From a virus (Duplodnaviria; Caudoviricetes): a DNA stretch of 30,500 bases. The notes under the pieces were generated by a model. That model was not told the DNA's origin. It did not search any database and saw nothing but the letters and a program-made list of their open reading frames with translations. Position 1 is the first letter of the stretch, and each line of letters starts with the position of its first letter. The translations under genes and the position numbers were made by a program. The stretch covers positions 1 through 30,500 of IMG/VR virus record IMGVR_UViG_3300017911_001598; one strand, given 5' to 3'. Shown here piece after piece: positions 16,760 to 26,200 of this stretch.

Positions 16760-18255
16760 GTGACGCCGAGGGTGTTAAGGCACTCGTTGACGAAATCGAC
16801 ATCGAAATGTCGAAGAAGTCGTTCAAGTTCTTTTTCACCGAGATTCTCGGCTTTGACTACGCTGACCATCACGAAGCGTGGGACCGAGGTCTGAACGCTA
16901 ACCGATACTACTGCGTTAAAGCGAGCCGTGACCATGGCAAGTCTGTATTCTTCATGTCCTATGCTCTATGGATTGCAGCGTTCAATCCGAACACGCACAT
17001 CATGGTGTTCAGCCACTCGCTTGAACAGACGCTTGAGCACATGCGATTCATTCGTAGCAACATCGACATGGCCGACATTCTCAAACCACTCAAGCCCTCA
17101 GGCAAGCCGTGGGCAAAATCCTACTTTGAGTTCACCAACGGTAGCCGTATCATGGCAAAGTCCGTCGGTGGTGCTACTCGTGGTTTCCACCCGGACGTGG
17201 TCGTTTGCGATGACATCCTGTGGGGAACCACAGCGTCTGAACTTCAACGTGCAGCCGACTGGTTCTATACCGTTCTCCTCCCTGTTCTTCACCACACGGG
17301 TCGGATGATGATGGTCGGCACACCGTTTTCGTACAACGACCTGTACGCTGAACTTGAACAGAAAGACACGTTCCAAGTCGAAACCTACCCCGCTATATTG
17401 GAGAACGGCGAACCACTATGGCCCGGACGTTGGCCTCTCGACGCACTCCGAATGCGTGAGCAGTCGATGCCTGCTATCAAATTCGCTCGTGAATATCTGT
17501 GTGAGCCAATCCACGACAACTCCAGTATGTTTCCACACAGCCTGTTGGAAAAAGCACGGGACGAAAACCTCGTGTTGCTTGACCACGCCGAACAGGAGTT
17601 CGATGAAGAGGGCAATCCCGCAGGCGTGTTTGGACAACACTTTGTCGGCTGGGACCCTGCGATTGCCAGTGACACCAATGCTGACTACACGGCAATGGTT
17701 ATTCTGCGTGTGCTTCCCGGTTCCGAGGAAAAGCAAATGGTTCACGTCATCAATCAAAAAGGGCTGAGTGGAGCAGCACAGAAAAACAACATCCTACTCA
17801 TCAACAATCGGTTTCAACCTGACCTGATTGAACTTGAAGGTAACAACTTCCAGCGCATGTTCGCTGCTGAATTGCAAGATATGCGAGATGACATCCCCAT
17901 CAAAACATTTATGACCACAAGACAACGCAAGGAAAGTATGTTCATGTCGCTGCTGATGGCCTTTGAGCAAGGCAAAATCAAAACGCCTTGGGGCAACGAG
18001 CGCAGCAAGGAGTACACACGCGAACTTGAAAAACAACTCAGTCGCTTTGGTATGAAGAAAAGCGGTAAGTTGGAATCGGTCGGTTCGCACGATGACTTGG
18101 CTATGGCGATTGCGTTGGCGAACTGGGCAACCAAAGAGTTCCGTGGTAGTGTTATTCTACTTGACGACGACCTGCCCGGATTTGACAAGTGGTTTCTTGA
18201 TTCACCCGGCAAGGGTGCTGCACGCATGACAGGAGATGATTGGTTTGTTGCTTGA
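16756..18255 (+). CDS. terL: Terminase large subunit
   Basis: Walker A ASRDHGKS, Walker B VVVCDD, motif III GTP, RNase H-like nuclease VGWDPA...HDDLAMA. Confidence 0.96.
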   Translation: MSDAEGVKALVDEIDIEMSKKSFKFFFTEILGFDYADHHEAWDRGLNANRYYCVKASRDHGKSVFFMSYALWIAAFNPNTHIMVFSHSLEQTLEHMRFIRSNIDMADILKPLKPSGKPWAKSYFEFTNGSRIMAKSVGGATRGFHPDVVVCDDILWGTTASELQRAADWFYTVLLPVLHHTGRMMMVGTPFSYNDLYAELEQKDTFQVETYPAILENGEPLWPGRWPLDALRMREQSMPAIKFAREYLCEPIHDNSSMFPHSLLEKARDENLVLLDHAEQEFDEEGNPAGVFGQHFVGWDPAIASDTNADYTAMVILRVLPGSEEKQMVHVINQKGLSGAAQKNNILLINNRFQPDLIELEGNNFQRMFAAELQDMRDDIPIKTFMTTRQRKESMFMSLLMAFEQGKIKTPWGNERSKEYTRELEKQLSRFGMKKSGKLESVGSHDDLAMAIALANWATKEFRGSVILLDDDLPGFDKWFLDSPGKGAARMTGDDWFVA

Positions 18256-18994
18256 CCCGTTTGAAGTAGCGTGGATGCTGCTCAAGCAGTCCAAGGAAGA
18301 GGAGATGCGTGAGGACATCAGACGGATGAAAACTCGTATATCCACACTTGAGCATCAACTTAGGACGAACTCCAAGCAAATCAACGACCTCATGGGTGTT
18401 ACGCCTGAGGCTCTTGAAGCAACGAAGGCAGGTCTTGAGCGCAAAGAACGTGAATTAGAAGAATACATGTCCGGTGTCGGTGGTAAGCGTGCTGAGCGAA
18501 AAAAAGAACGAGGCCGTCATAAAGAACTTGAGCGTCAAGAATTTTTGGAACAGTCTCGTAAAATCAGTGAGCGACGTCAGCAATCAGCACAAGCGAAGGA
18601 TGATGCGCGTGTTCAAGCCGAGAAAGATGCCGAAGAAGCAAAGCGTCGAGCCGAAGAAGAAAAGCAAGAAGCAAAGCGAATCAAAGATGAGAAGAAGCGA
18701 GAATATCAAGAGCGTAGGCTAAGGCGGGAAGGCAAAGAGCCTAAACAAGAAACTGCTATCGAAGACCCTGACGCTCCAATCGAAAGCGTTCTTGAAGAGT
18801 TCAATCGTCGTGAACAGGCGAAGTTGGGAGAAGCAAAGAAACCTCCTACCGTTCGACCTCCACGACGTGTTGCTGTTCGACGCCCTCCGCCTGCTCCTGA
18901 ACTTCCCAAAGAAGAAGACGATGAGGAAGACTGGGAGAAATATCAGCGAGAGCAGGCGAATATAGGTTCGTATGACCCATATGGAGATGATTGA
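18245..18994 (+). CDS. Tagged, highly charged coiled-coil protein
   Basis: LDPFEVAWMLLKQ near the N-terminus; E/K/R-rich helix; start is probably TTG 18245 because ATG 18236 lies inside the SD-like GGAGATGA. Confidence 0.85.
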   Translation: MLLDPFEVAWMLLKQSKEEEMREDIRRMKTRISTLEHQLRTNSKQINDLMGVTPEALEATKAGLERKERELEEYMSGVGGKRAERKKERGRHKELERQEFLEQSRKISERRQQSAQAKDDARVQAEKDAEEAKRRAEEEKQEAKRIKDEKKREYQERRLRREGKEPKQETAIEDPDAPIESVLEEFNRREQAKLGEAKKPPTVRPPRRVAVRRPPPAPELPKEEDDEEDWEKYQREQANIGSYDPYGDD

Positions 18995-18995
18995 G

Positions 18996-20306
18996 ATGTG
19001 GCCGACACTTATCGTAGGCGAATCGGACATCCATCTTGACATGGGTCACGAACAATCGACAATGATTGCATCTTCGCTTTTGGCTCACCCGTCACTTCGT
19101 GACGATATGATGAAGGCCGTCAAGATTGCAAAGGAAGCCGCACCACAGCAACCTATCCTACAGATTGAAACGCATGTGTTCCCCGAAAACGGCGACTCGT
19201 GGTTTGACGCATATCTTGGCAAGAGCGCTGACGAAGTTGTCAAAGACCTCAAGCGTGCTCGACGTAAGATGAAAGACATGAAGGTTGACATCGACAGTGC
19301 TATCAAAAGTGTACGTGCACTCAAGGCTCAAGAAGTGGAGCAAACCATATCCTCTATTCCGTGGGCAATCGAACACGCTGACACCATTCGTAATCTTGGT
19401 CTAAGCGACCGTAATCTCAAATCGCTGCGTACCTTTGGAACGGCAAGAGAGTCAACGTTGCTGCGAGCCTGCCACATGTGGGAAGCAGCCGATGAAGCCC
19501 TCAAAATGCTCGATGACTTTGAAGATGTTTGGGGTGACGAGGAACGAAGCGCTTGGGTCACTGCTATGCAACAGCGACAAGACGCACGTAAGATGTGGCG
19601 CAGCGGCCTTCATCAAATTGATACGCTGAGTAAGGAACAGAAGAATTGGCTTGAGTTGGCGAAGAAAGAGTTGCAAGACAAGGGACACATGGGTGCTCGT
19701 GACATTACGGCTAATCTTATCGAAAAGGGTGTAAATCGACTCTCGGCCACGCGCATGAGTAAATTGCTTTCGATGTTCGGAGAAGAAATGGATATTGTCA
19801 AAGCGCCTCGACGTGGTGAATATGTTCTTCTTTCATGCGATGGACTTGTTATCAAAGACCCGTGGGCATACGCTGCGGGATTCATGGATGCTGATGGTTC
19901 AATCTTTATCACCAAACGTGGCGAAGTACGTGCATCAGCCGTAGCCACTGGAGACAGGGGGCGTATTCACTGCGAACGATTACAGAAAACGCTTGGCTGT
20001 GGGACACTTTCACTCGACGAAAAAATGTCAAAAAACAGCAAGCGCACAACGCATCGACTCAATTTCCACTCACGAGATGATTTGAAGAAAGTTCTTAACG
20101 GAGTGCTTCCACACTTGCAATTAAAGTCAACTCAAGCAAAGGCTGCATTGCGGTTCCTTGAAGAGAATGACACAATGAAAAAGGAGCAGTATCGTATGTT
20201 GGTCATGTTTGAGAACTGGAAGGACGATGCTGACGCAGTCCAAAAGAAGTTGGATGAATGGGGCGTCGATGCTGACACCATTCGCTCTTGGGGGAGTGAT
20301 TTGTAA
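18996..20306 (+). CDS. Protein with a helical N-terminal region, a wHTH-like segment and a C-terminal LAGLIDADG domain
   Basis: WAYAAGFMDADGSIFI, LQKTLGCG, VLPHLQLKSTQA; SD-like GGAGATGA 5 nt before ATG 18996. Confidence 0.85.
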   Translation: MWPTLIVGESDIHLDMGHEQSTMIASSLLAHPSLRDDMMKAVKIAKEAAPQQPILQIETHVFPENGDSWFDAYLGKSADEVVKDLKRARRKMKDMKVDIDSAIKSVRALKAQEVEQTISSIPWAIEHADTIRNLGLSDRNLKSLRTFGTARESTLLRACHMWEAADEALKMLDDFEDVWGDEERSAWVTAMQQRQDARKMWRSGLHQIDTLSKEQKNWLELAKKELQDKGHMGARDITANLIEKGVNRLSATRMSKLLSMFGEEMDIVKAPRRGEYVLLSCDGLVIKDPWAYAAGFMDADGSIFITKRGEVRASAVATGDRGRIHCERLQKTLGCGTLSLDEKMSKNSKRTTHRLNFHSRDDLKKVLNGVLPHLQLKSTQAKAALRFLEENDTMKKEQYRMLVMFENWKDDADAVQKKLDEWGVDADTIRSWGSDL

Positions 20307-22039
20307 TGGCGGAAGAACGTGTTAAGGGTGTACTTGGTCGATTGGCCGACCGATTTCGACGACGACGTACACCTGAGCCTCAAATGCCGTTGTACACAAC
20401 GGGCATTCAAGAACCAGTCATTGTACAGGGTATCACAATACCTGCGTTGTATTCCGTCGCCTCTGAGAATTTGATTCTCCGAACAGTGCTCTCAACGCTC
20501 CAACAGGAGATATTTCGACGTGGGTACTATTGGGACAAGAAGTTCCACATGAAGTGCAATGAATGTGAGAAAGAATATCAGCATGACGTTGATGTATGCG
20601 CTGACTGTGGTGGTGATGTCCGTAGTCCTGACCCCAACGAAACCGTTTATGGCCGATGGCTTGTCGAACAGCGCAACTCAATGGAACAGAACTTCATGGA
20701 TGTGCTACGTGAGATTGAATACGACCTCAACATCATGGATGATGCGTTTTTGATTCTTGTTAAGGAATACTACGTCGACCCTGAAACCAACGAAGTAGCC
20801 TTTTACCGTGTCAAAGAGATTTTGCGTGGTGACCCCATCTTCATGCGTATTGTTGCTGATAAGCGAGGCGTGCGTGGCGGACGATACAAAGTCTGTCCAT
20901 TGCATCGCAATCAAGTTCGCGGCTACAGCGAGACAGACAACAATTGTGAGGTATGCAATCACGAGTTGGAAGACGTGCACCACGTCAACACAGGCGGTGC
21001 AGGGAAGACACAATACTATCTCAAGGGTGAAGTTATTCACGTGAGTAAATACAATCCGTCGAAGTTGTATGGCAAATCGCCTGTGTCAACACTTTGGCGT
21101 CAGGCTATGACGCTCACAGCGATGGACAACTACATGTACACAGCATACAGTAAGCGTCGTGTTCCACGTGGCTTGATTTCAATTACGACGGACAATCTTG
21201 AATCGATGAAATCGTTTTGGAAGGGCGTTGACGAGAAACTTGAGCGTGACCCTCATTACATCCCAAAGATTGGTATTGAAAGCCAAAGCGGACGTGGTGG
21301 TGTCAACTGGGTCAAGTTCATGGACACCCTTGAAGAGATGCAGTACATCGCTGTCCGTGACGAAATGCGAACTCGTATCGCAGCATTTTACGGTGTATCG
21401 AACGTGTTTATGATGGACACAGGCAAATCAGGTGGACTCAACAACGAAGGTTTGCAAATCCTTGTTACCAACCGTGCCGTTGAGTTCGGTCACAAAGTGT
21501 ACACTGACCATTTGTTCCCACGATTGATGGAGGAGATGGATATTCATGATTGGAAGTTGACGCTCTATCCGAACGAAGAGGAGGATGAAGTCACTCGACT
21601 CCGACGAGACGAGATGGAGGTCAACATCGCACAGCGTATGGCCCAACTTGGATTCAAGCCTGAACTCATTGAGGAGGGTGGTCGAGACATTCGATTCATC
21701 TACAAGCCTATGGAACAAGGTATGGGCGGTCAACCCGGTATGGGCGGCATGCCCGGAGGTCCCCAACCTATGGCGCAGCCCGGTGGCTTGCCAAGTCGTA
21801 ACATGCCACCACAGTTGGCAGGTGCACTCGCAGGTCAAGCAAGCGCAGGCTTGAGACAAGCACAGGGACCTGCTTCACAGCCCGGAGGAGAGGGGATGGG
21901 TATACGTACGCCACGTGGACCTGCCAGCCCACAGAACCGAACAAGCATGGGCGCAGGTGCACCGTTTTCAAGCGTTCAGCAACGGGGACCACAAGGCTCT
22001 CCGCTTAGTCAAGCAATGAACAACATCCGTCGTATGTGA
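20306..22039 (+). CDS. Portal protein
   Basis: Position after terminase; EVIHV...LYGKSP, VPRGLI, EMQY...IAAFYGVS, GGLNNE motifs typical of HK97-type portals; two Cys-rich inserts; Gly/Pro/Gln tail. Confidence 0.9.
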   Translation: MAEERVKGVLGRLADRFRRRRTPEPQMPLYTTGIQEPVIVQGITIPALYSVASENLILRTVLSTLQQEIFRRGYYWDKKFHMKCNECEKEYQHDVDVCADCGGDVRSPDPNETVYGRWLVEQRNSMEQNFMDVLREIEYDLNIMDDAFLILVKEYYVDPETNEVAFYRVKEILRGDPIFMRIVADKRGVRGGRYKVCPLHRNQVRGYSETDNNCEVCNHELEDVHHVNTGGAGKTQYYLKGEVIHVSKYNPSKLYGKSPVSTLWRQAMTLTAMDNYMYTAYSKRRVPRGLISITTDNLESMKSFWKGVDEKLERDPHYIPKIGIESQSGRGGVNWVKFMDTLEEMQYIAVRDEMRTRIAAFYGVSNVFMMDTGKSGGLNNEGLQILVTNRAVEFGHKVYTDHLFPRLMEEMDIHDWKLTLYPNEEEDEVTRLRRDEMEVNIAQRMAQLGFKPELIEEGGRDIRFIYKPMEQGMGGQPGMGGMPGGPQPMAQPGGLPSRNMPPQLAGALAGQASAGLRQAQGPASQPGGEGMGIRTPRGPASPQNRTSMGAGAPFSSVQQRGPQGSPLSQAMNNIRRM

Positions 22040-22075
22040 CGGAACATTCAATACGATGAAGGTTATGGGATGCGT

Positions 22076-22417
22076 ATGGACCTGACAAAGATGGACCCGA
22101 TGGCTCGCAAAATGCGTTCACATGTTGATGCGTTTTTCAAGGCGATTGAAGAGAACGATAGTGTGTCGGCAAGTTCGCACATTAACGAAGTAAGCAAGTA
22201 TGCTGAATACCTCTCAGAAGACGTATCAAAAGCGCTACTGAAAGCCGATATGCCACAAACACGAGGTGTCAACGACATCTACGCAGGCGGCGTTCCAGTC
22301 CGCAAATTCAACAGTGTTCAAACCGTTCACGAAGCAACAACGCAAGTCTTGCCCGGTACAATCCGAACAAGTCGACGTGGACCTATCATGCAGCGTCGAA
22401 ACAACAGGAACCTTTGA
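22076..22417 (+). CDS. Hypothetical head-module protein
   Basis: ORF between portal and protease; TTCAATA 29 nt before ATG 22076 (alternative start 22070); ALLKAD. Confidence 0.8.
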   Translation: MDLTKMDPMARKMRSHVDAFFKAIEENDSVSASSHINEVSKYAEYLSEDVSKALLKADMPQTRGVNDIYAGGVPVRKFNSVQTVHEATTQVLPGTIRTSRRGPIMQRRNNRNL

Positions 22418-22426
22418 GGTGATTGA

Positions 22427-22807
22427 ATGAGCGAAGAAGTCGTAGAAGAGGGAACGGCTGAGAAACTCATGGGTGCTTTGATTACAAAAATGGAAAGCAT
22501 GGACAACAGCCTTAACATTCTCAAAGCCGAAAACAATGCACTCAAGCAAATTGTTGCTGACCCTGCTATGCTTTTGAAGCGTGCAGGTTTTATCCGAAGT
22601 GGCTCCAACAGTGCACCAATGGACGTCATGCCCGACTTGTTCCGTGGTGACGCAACGTACGATATTCTCAAAGATGAGACAGCCAGTGGTATTCCACTAC
22701 CTGCAAGCAACGAAGAGTTTCATGCGCTAGACTGGTCTGACATTCACCGCCTTGCCGAAGAAGCAAAGGGCACAGGCAACTTAGGGAACAACATGGGAAT
22801 GGAGTGA
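22427..22807 (+). CDS. Small coiled-coil protein sharing its C-terminal motif with the scaffold
   Basis: SD GAGGTGA; C-terminal IP...WSDIHRLA. Confidence 0.85.
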   Translation: MSEEVVEEGTAEKLMGALITKMESMDNSLNILKAENNALKQIVADPAMLLKRAGFIRSGSNSAPMDVMPDLFRGDATYDILKDETASGIPLPASNEEFHALDWSDIHRLAEEAKGTGNLGNNMGME

Positions 22808-22811
22808 TAGC

Positions 22812-23192
22812 ATGCGACCACGATACGAACCACGAAGCCCAAAAGTCGACCAACTTTTGAAGGCAGCCAAAGAACTTGAAAGCCGAATGATTGCGAAAGA
22901 GCAAGGTATCACGTTCGACCAAAAGGAAGGAACAGCCCTTGGTGATGTTCAATTCCACGTACAAGTCGGTGGCGAGACTGGTGTGCAAAACCAATACTAC
23001 TCAACCAACCAACGTCTGATTGACGTTGAAGATGTCACAAACAAGGGCGCTATCTCAGAAAAGAGTGACGTGCTTGACAAGAACCCACACTACCCAACGG
23101 CACTTTCAACGCTCGCAGGGCACTTTGTGGACGGCGGCGGAGAAGCGCAATCGCTCAAGAAAGCGTTGGAAGCACGCATGAACCGCCAATGA
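22812..23192 (+). CDS. Hypothetical head-module protein
   Basis: SD GGAGTGA; 126 aa; QLLKAA. Confidence 0.85.
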   Translation: MRPRYEPRSPKVDQLLKAAKELESRMIAKEQGITFDQKEGTALGDVQFHVQVGGETGVQNQYYSTNQRLIDVEDVTNKGAISEKSDVLDKNPHYPTALSTLAGHFVDGGGEAQSLKKALEARMNRQ

Positions 23193-23206
23193 ATGGCGGT
23201 GATTAA

Positions 23207-26200
23207 GTGACGATTCCGAATCCCAGTGGTGGAGAGGAACAAAAGTTTCCATTAGCGCAACAGCCTGACCCTACTTTTGAAGACGTTGCATCTCTCGGTA
23301 TTCTTGACCCGTCAACAGATATGCGGGTATCGGAGGGTATGGATAGAGCACCCAAAACGATGGCCGAATCGTTTGAAGGCGGTGCACCCTTTGCTGAGCG
23401 TATAAAGGCACACGATAGCATCGTGCACATGGGTTCACAGTGGCTTCATCAACAGATACGACCACCAAGCCGAGAACATCAGGGTACAGAAACCGAGCAC
23501 TTTTTTGAAGACCATTATCACAGTCCTGATTTCAATCCCCTTTGGGGTGACCATGACGAAGACGACGACGAATCGCATCCTGAGTTTAGCAACGTCTTGG
23601 AACGTTATTTTCTTGATGGTGTGTCACAGGAACACGCTCAAAAAGAAATTGCTCATTATCAACATCACGGAGATACTGCACTGTATTCACCTTCCATGTA
23701 TGGCAAAGACCGTTTGTCAAATCATGAAATGTATGAGATGAACTTCAACAACTGGCAAGCAAGCCCTGCGGGTTTAGAAGCACTCAAAGAAGAGATACTG
23801 TTAGGGCGAGAAGGTAATGACCTTGACGAATCCCTACGAAGACGGCACATGTCGGATGCTAAAGATACGTGGAAAAACTTCAACGAAGTTGACAATGAGA
23901 CAGGTCGCAGTGTCGGGCTTGGTGAATTGGATTACTACTTTGGATTGGAATGGCTCAGTCCCAAAGACAAGATTGCATTCTATGAACATATGATGGAACA
24001 CGGTTCGATGAACAAGGACAACGCATCTGTTTTCTTACCTGACTTGGGTATGGAAGTACCTATGGGTCGTTTCGTAGCAAACTTTCATCAGCGCTATGCT
24101 CCAGTTCACGCACACCACACACGTGACGTGGACGCTACAGGCGAACCCGGACTTGGTCGTCTTTACACTCCTCCACAGGACGACATCAATCCCGCTGAGA
24201 TGTACAAAGACCTTGAGGGTACAGAACTATTTCAGCGACTGAAAGGTTTCTACGAAGGAATTACTGGCGAGAAGTTGAAGTATTTGGCGAAGGTCGAGAA
24301 AGGTCGACTCGTACCAAGCGATGCAAAAACCATCACCCCCAACGATTTGTTTGCTATGGCGAACATGGGTCGTGCAGGTCAGAAACTCATGCGGTACGAT
24401 GACCCATACTATTCACTCAACCGAGGCGACCCTCGTACGATTGCTTTGCTTGATTCATTGGAGGGCATCGACGAACTTGTCAAAGACTTCGTAGGTATTC
24501 ACAGGGATGCTACAAAAATGAAAGGTAACGGTCGTCGGTTGCGAAACGCCATTCAGTTTTTCACACAGCCGTTTCTTGCAACCGAAGGTAACAACGCACA
24601 TCCTGAGTCGTACATGGGCGGTAAGCAAGAATCACTCAGTCATCACTTCTCCACACCGTTCTTGGGAAGAGGCGGACTTGGTAAGACGCACGCAACTCGT
24701 CTGAACACCATGCATGCAGCGCATCGCTTTTCGCCCGAAGAGGGAGACGCTATGTCGTTTTTGACGACAGGTGAGCGCTCACGAACAGGCGGCGACATAG
24801 TTGGAGTAGGTGACGCAGGTCCGTTTCGCCCCGAACTGATTGGTCTTGCCGATGCTGTTGAAAATGTGATGGCACCGTTTGGTCCACCTGAATCAGAATT
24901 GGAAGCGGTTAAGCGTTATCGTAAAACCGAGAAGGGGTTGTATGAAGCCAAGCAGGTTGCCGAAATCAGTCCCAGTGCGGGTCTAACTGCTCAGTTGGGT
25001 CCGCACAACCTCAAGCGTACTATAGGTCTAATTTCAGGTGCTAAGGTCAACAGTACACGACACGACACGACGACCTCTCCAAAGTATTACAATCAACTGA
25101 TGGAATCTAAGCACAAGGCTACAAAAGGCAAAATGACTCAGGCTATGCGTCATGCTGTTGCTGATGGGTATGGGTACGAAAACACCATAGGTTCACGCAA
25201 CGCATTCGGACCTCAATCGACTGAGACAGGAGTGATGCGCCGTGACCAAGATGCTGCTTTGCATCACCATCAGTTATCCGGAATGATTGGTGCGATACAT
25301 CCACCTGCCAACCCTTCGTTCCAAAAGGATGTTCATCATCCTCACAGCATACACCCTGATACAGAGATGGCTGCGGACCGTGACGAACTCGGAATGTTGC
25401 AGGGAATTACGCAAGACAATTATGATAACGATTTGAAACAACTTCAATCGCTGCGCGAGAAAGCACACGAGAAGCGCATGCTTCTTAGCAATCTGAAAAA
25501 CAACCCACCAAAACCACCCGCTGTTCTTAGTATGAATGACGAATCGAAGGCGTGGTTCTTGGCCTCACAAGAGCATGGGAAGAAAATTAAGGACGCTGAA
25601 CGAGAAGCAGCGTTGGCCGAGGGTAAGGTCGGCGCGCACATAAACAGAAAAGAATCCAAAGACGGACTTACTGTTGGTGAGCGTATGGTGGAATACAGCC
25701 AAGCCGAGGATGAACTCAACGCACTTATCGAATATCAAGCAAGTGGTATACCTGTATCGGAAGACGAAATGAACGAAGCGCACGAGCGCTTGGAGGCTAT
25801 CGAACAAGAACACTATTCGCCCATCAAGGGAGACCATCAAAGGTATCTTCGGAATAAAGGGACTACGTGGCAAAGTAAAGTACGAAGTCACATCAATGCA
25901 ATTGAGAACGTAGCCAAACAAGTGCTTGCTGAGGCTGAACAACAGGGTTTTGATTTGTTTTCCATGGCACCGCCTGACACCGTCATGGCGTGGGCCATGA
26001 AGACAGCAAACGACATTCTTGCTACTCAAGACCAAGATTTTCACGGACAAGAAGCATTGTCAGCGGGAGTGGTACGTGAAAAAACGCACGTAAGGCACGA
26101 CGCTATACAAGACCAAGTCAAAGCCTTCATGGACACAGATGATGCTCACGAAATCGGACCAAACGAAAACGTGGACAAAGCCACAGCCCGTGTGTTTGGC

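Noticed and set aside
19860-20306. Intein or intron-encoded endonuclease
   Set aside because: No C/S...HN splice motifs; the flanking terminase and portal ORFs are uninterrupted
23182-23200. ACCGCCA-atgaa-TGGCGGT hairpin as a terminator
   Set aside because: No U-tract, and it overlaps the SD of the next gene; at most a translational attenuator
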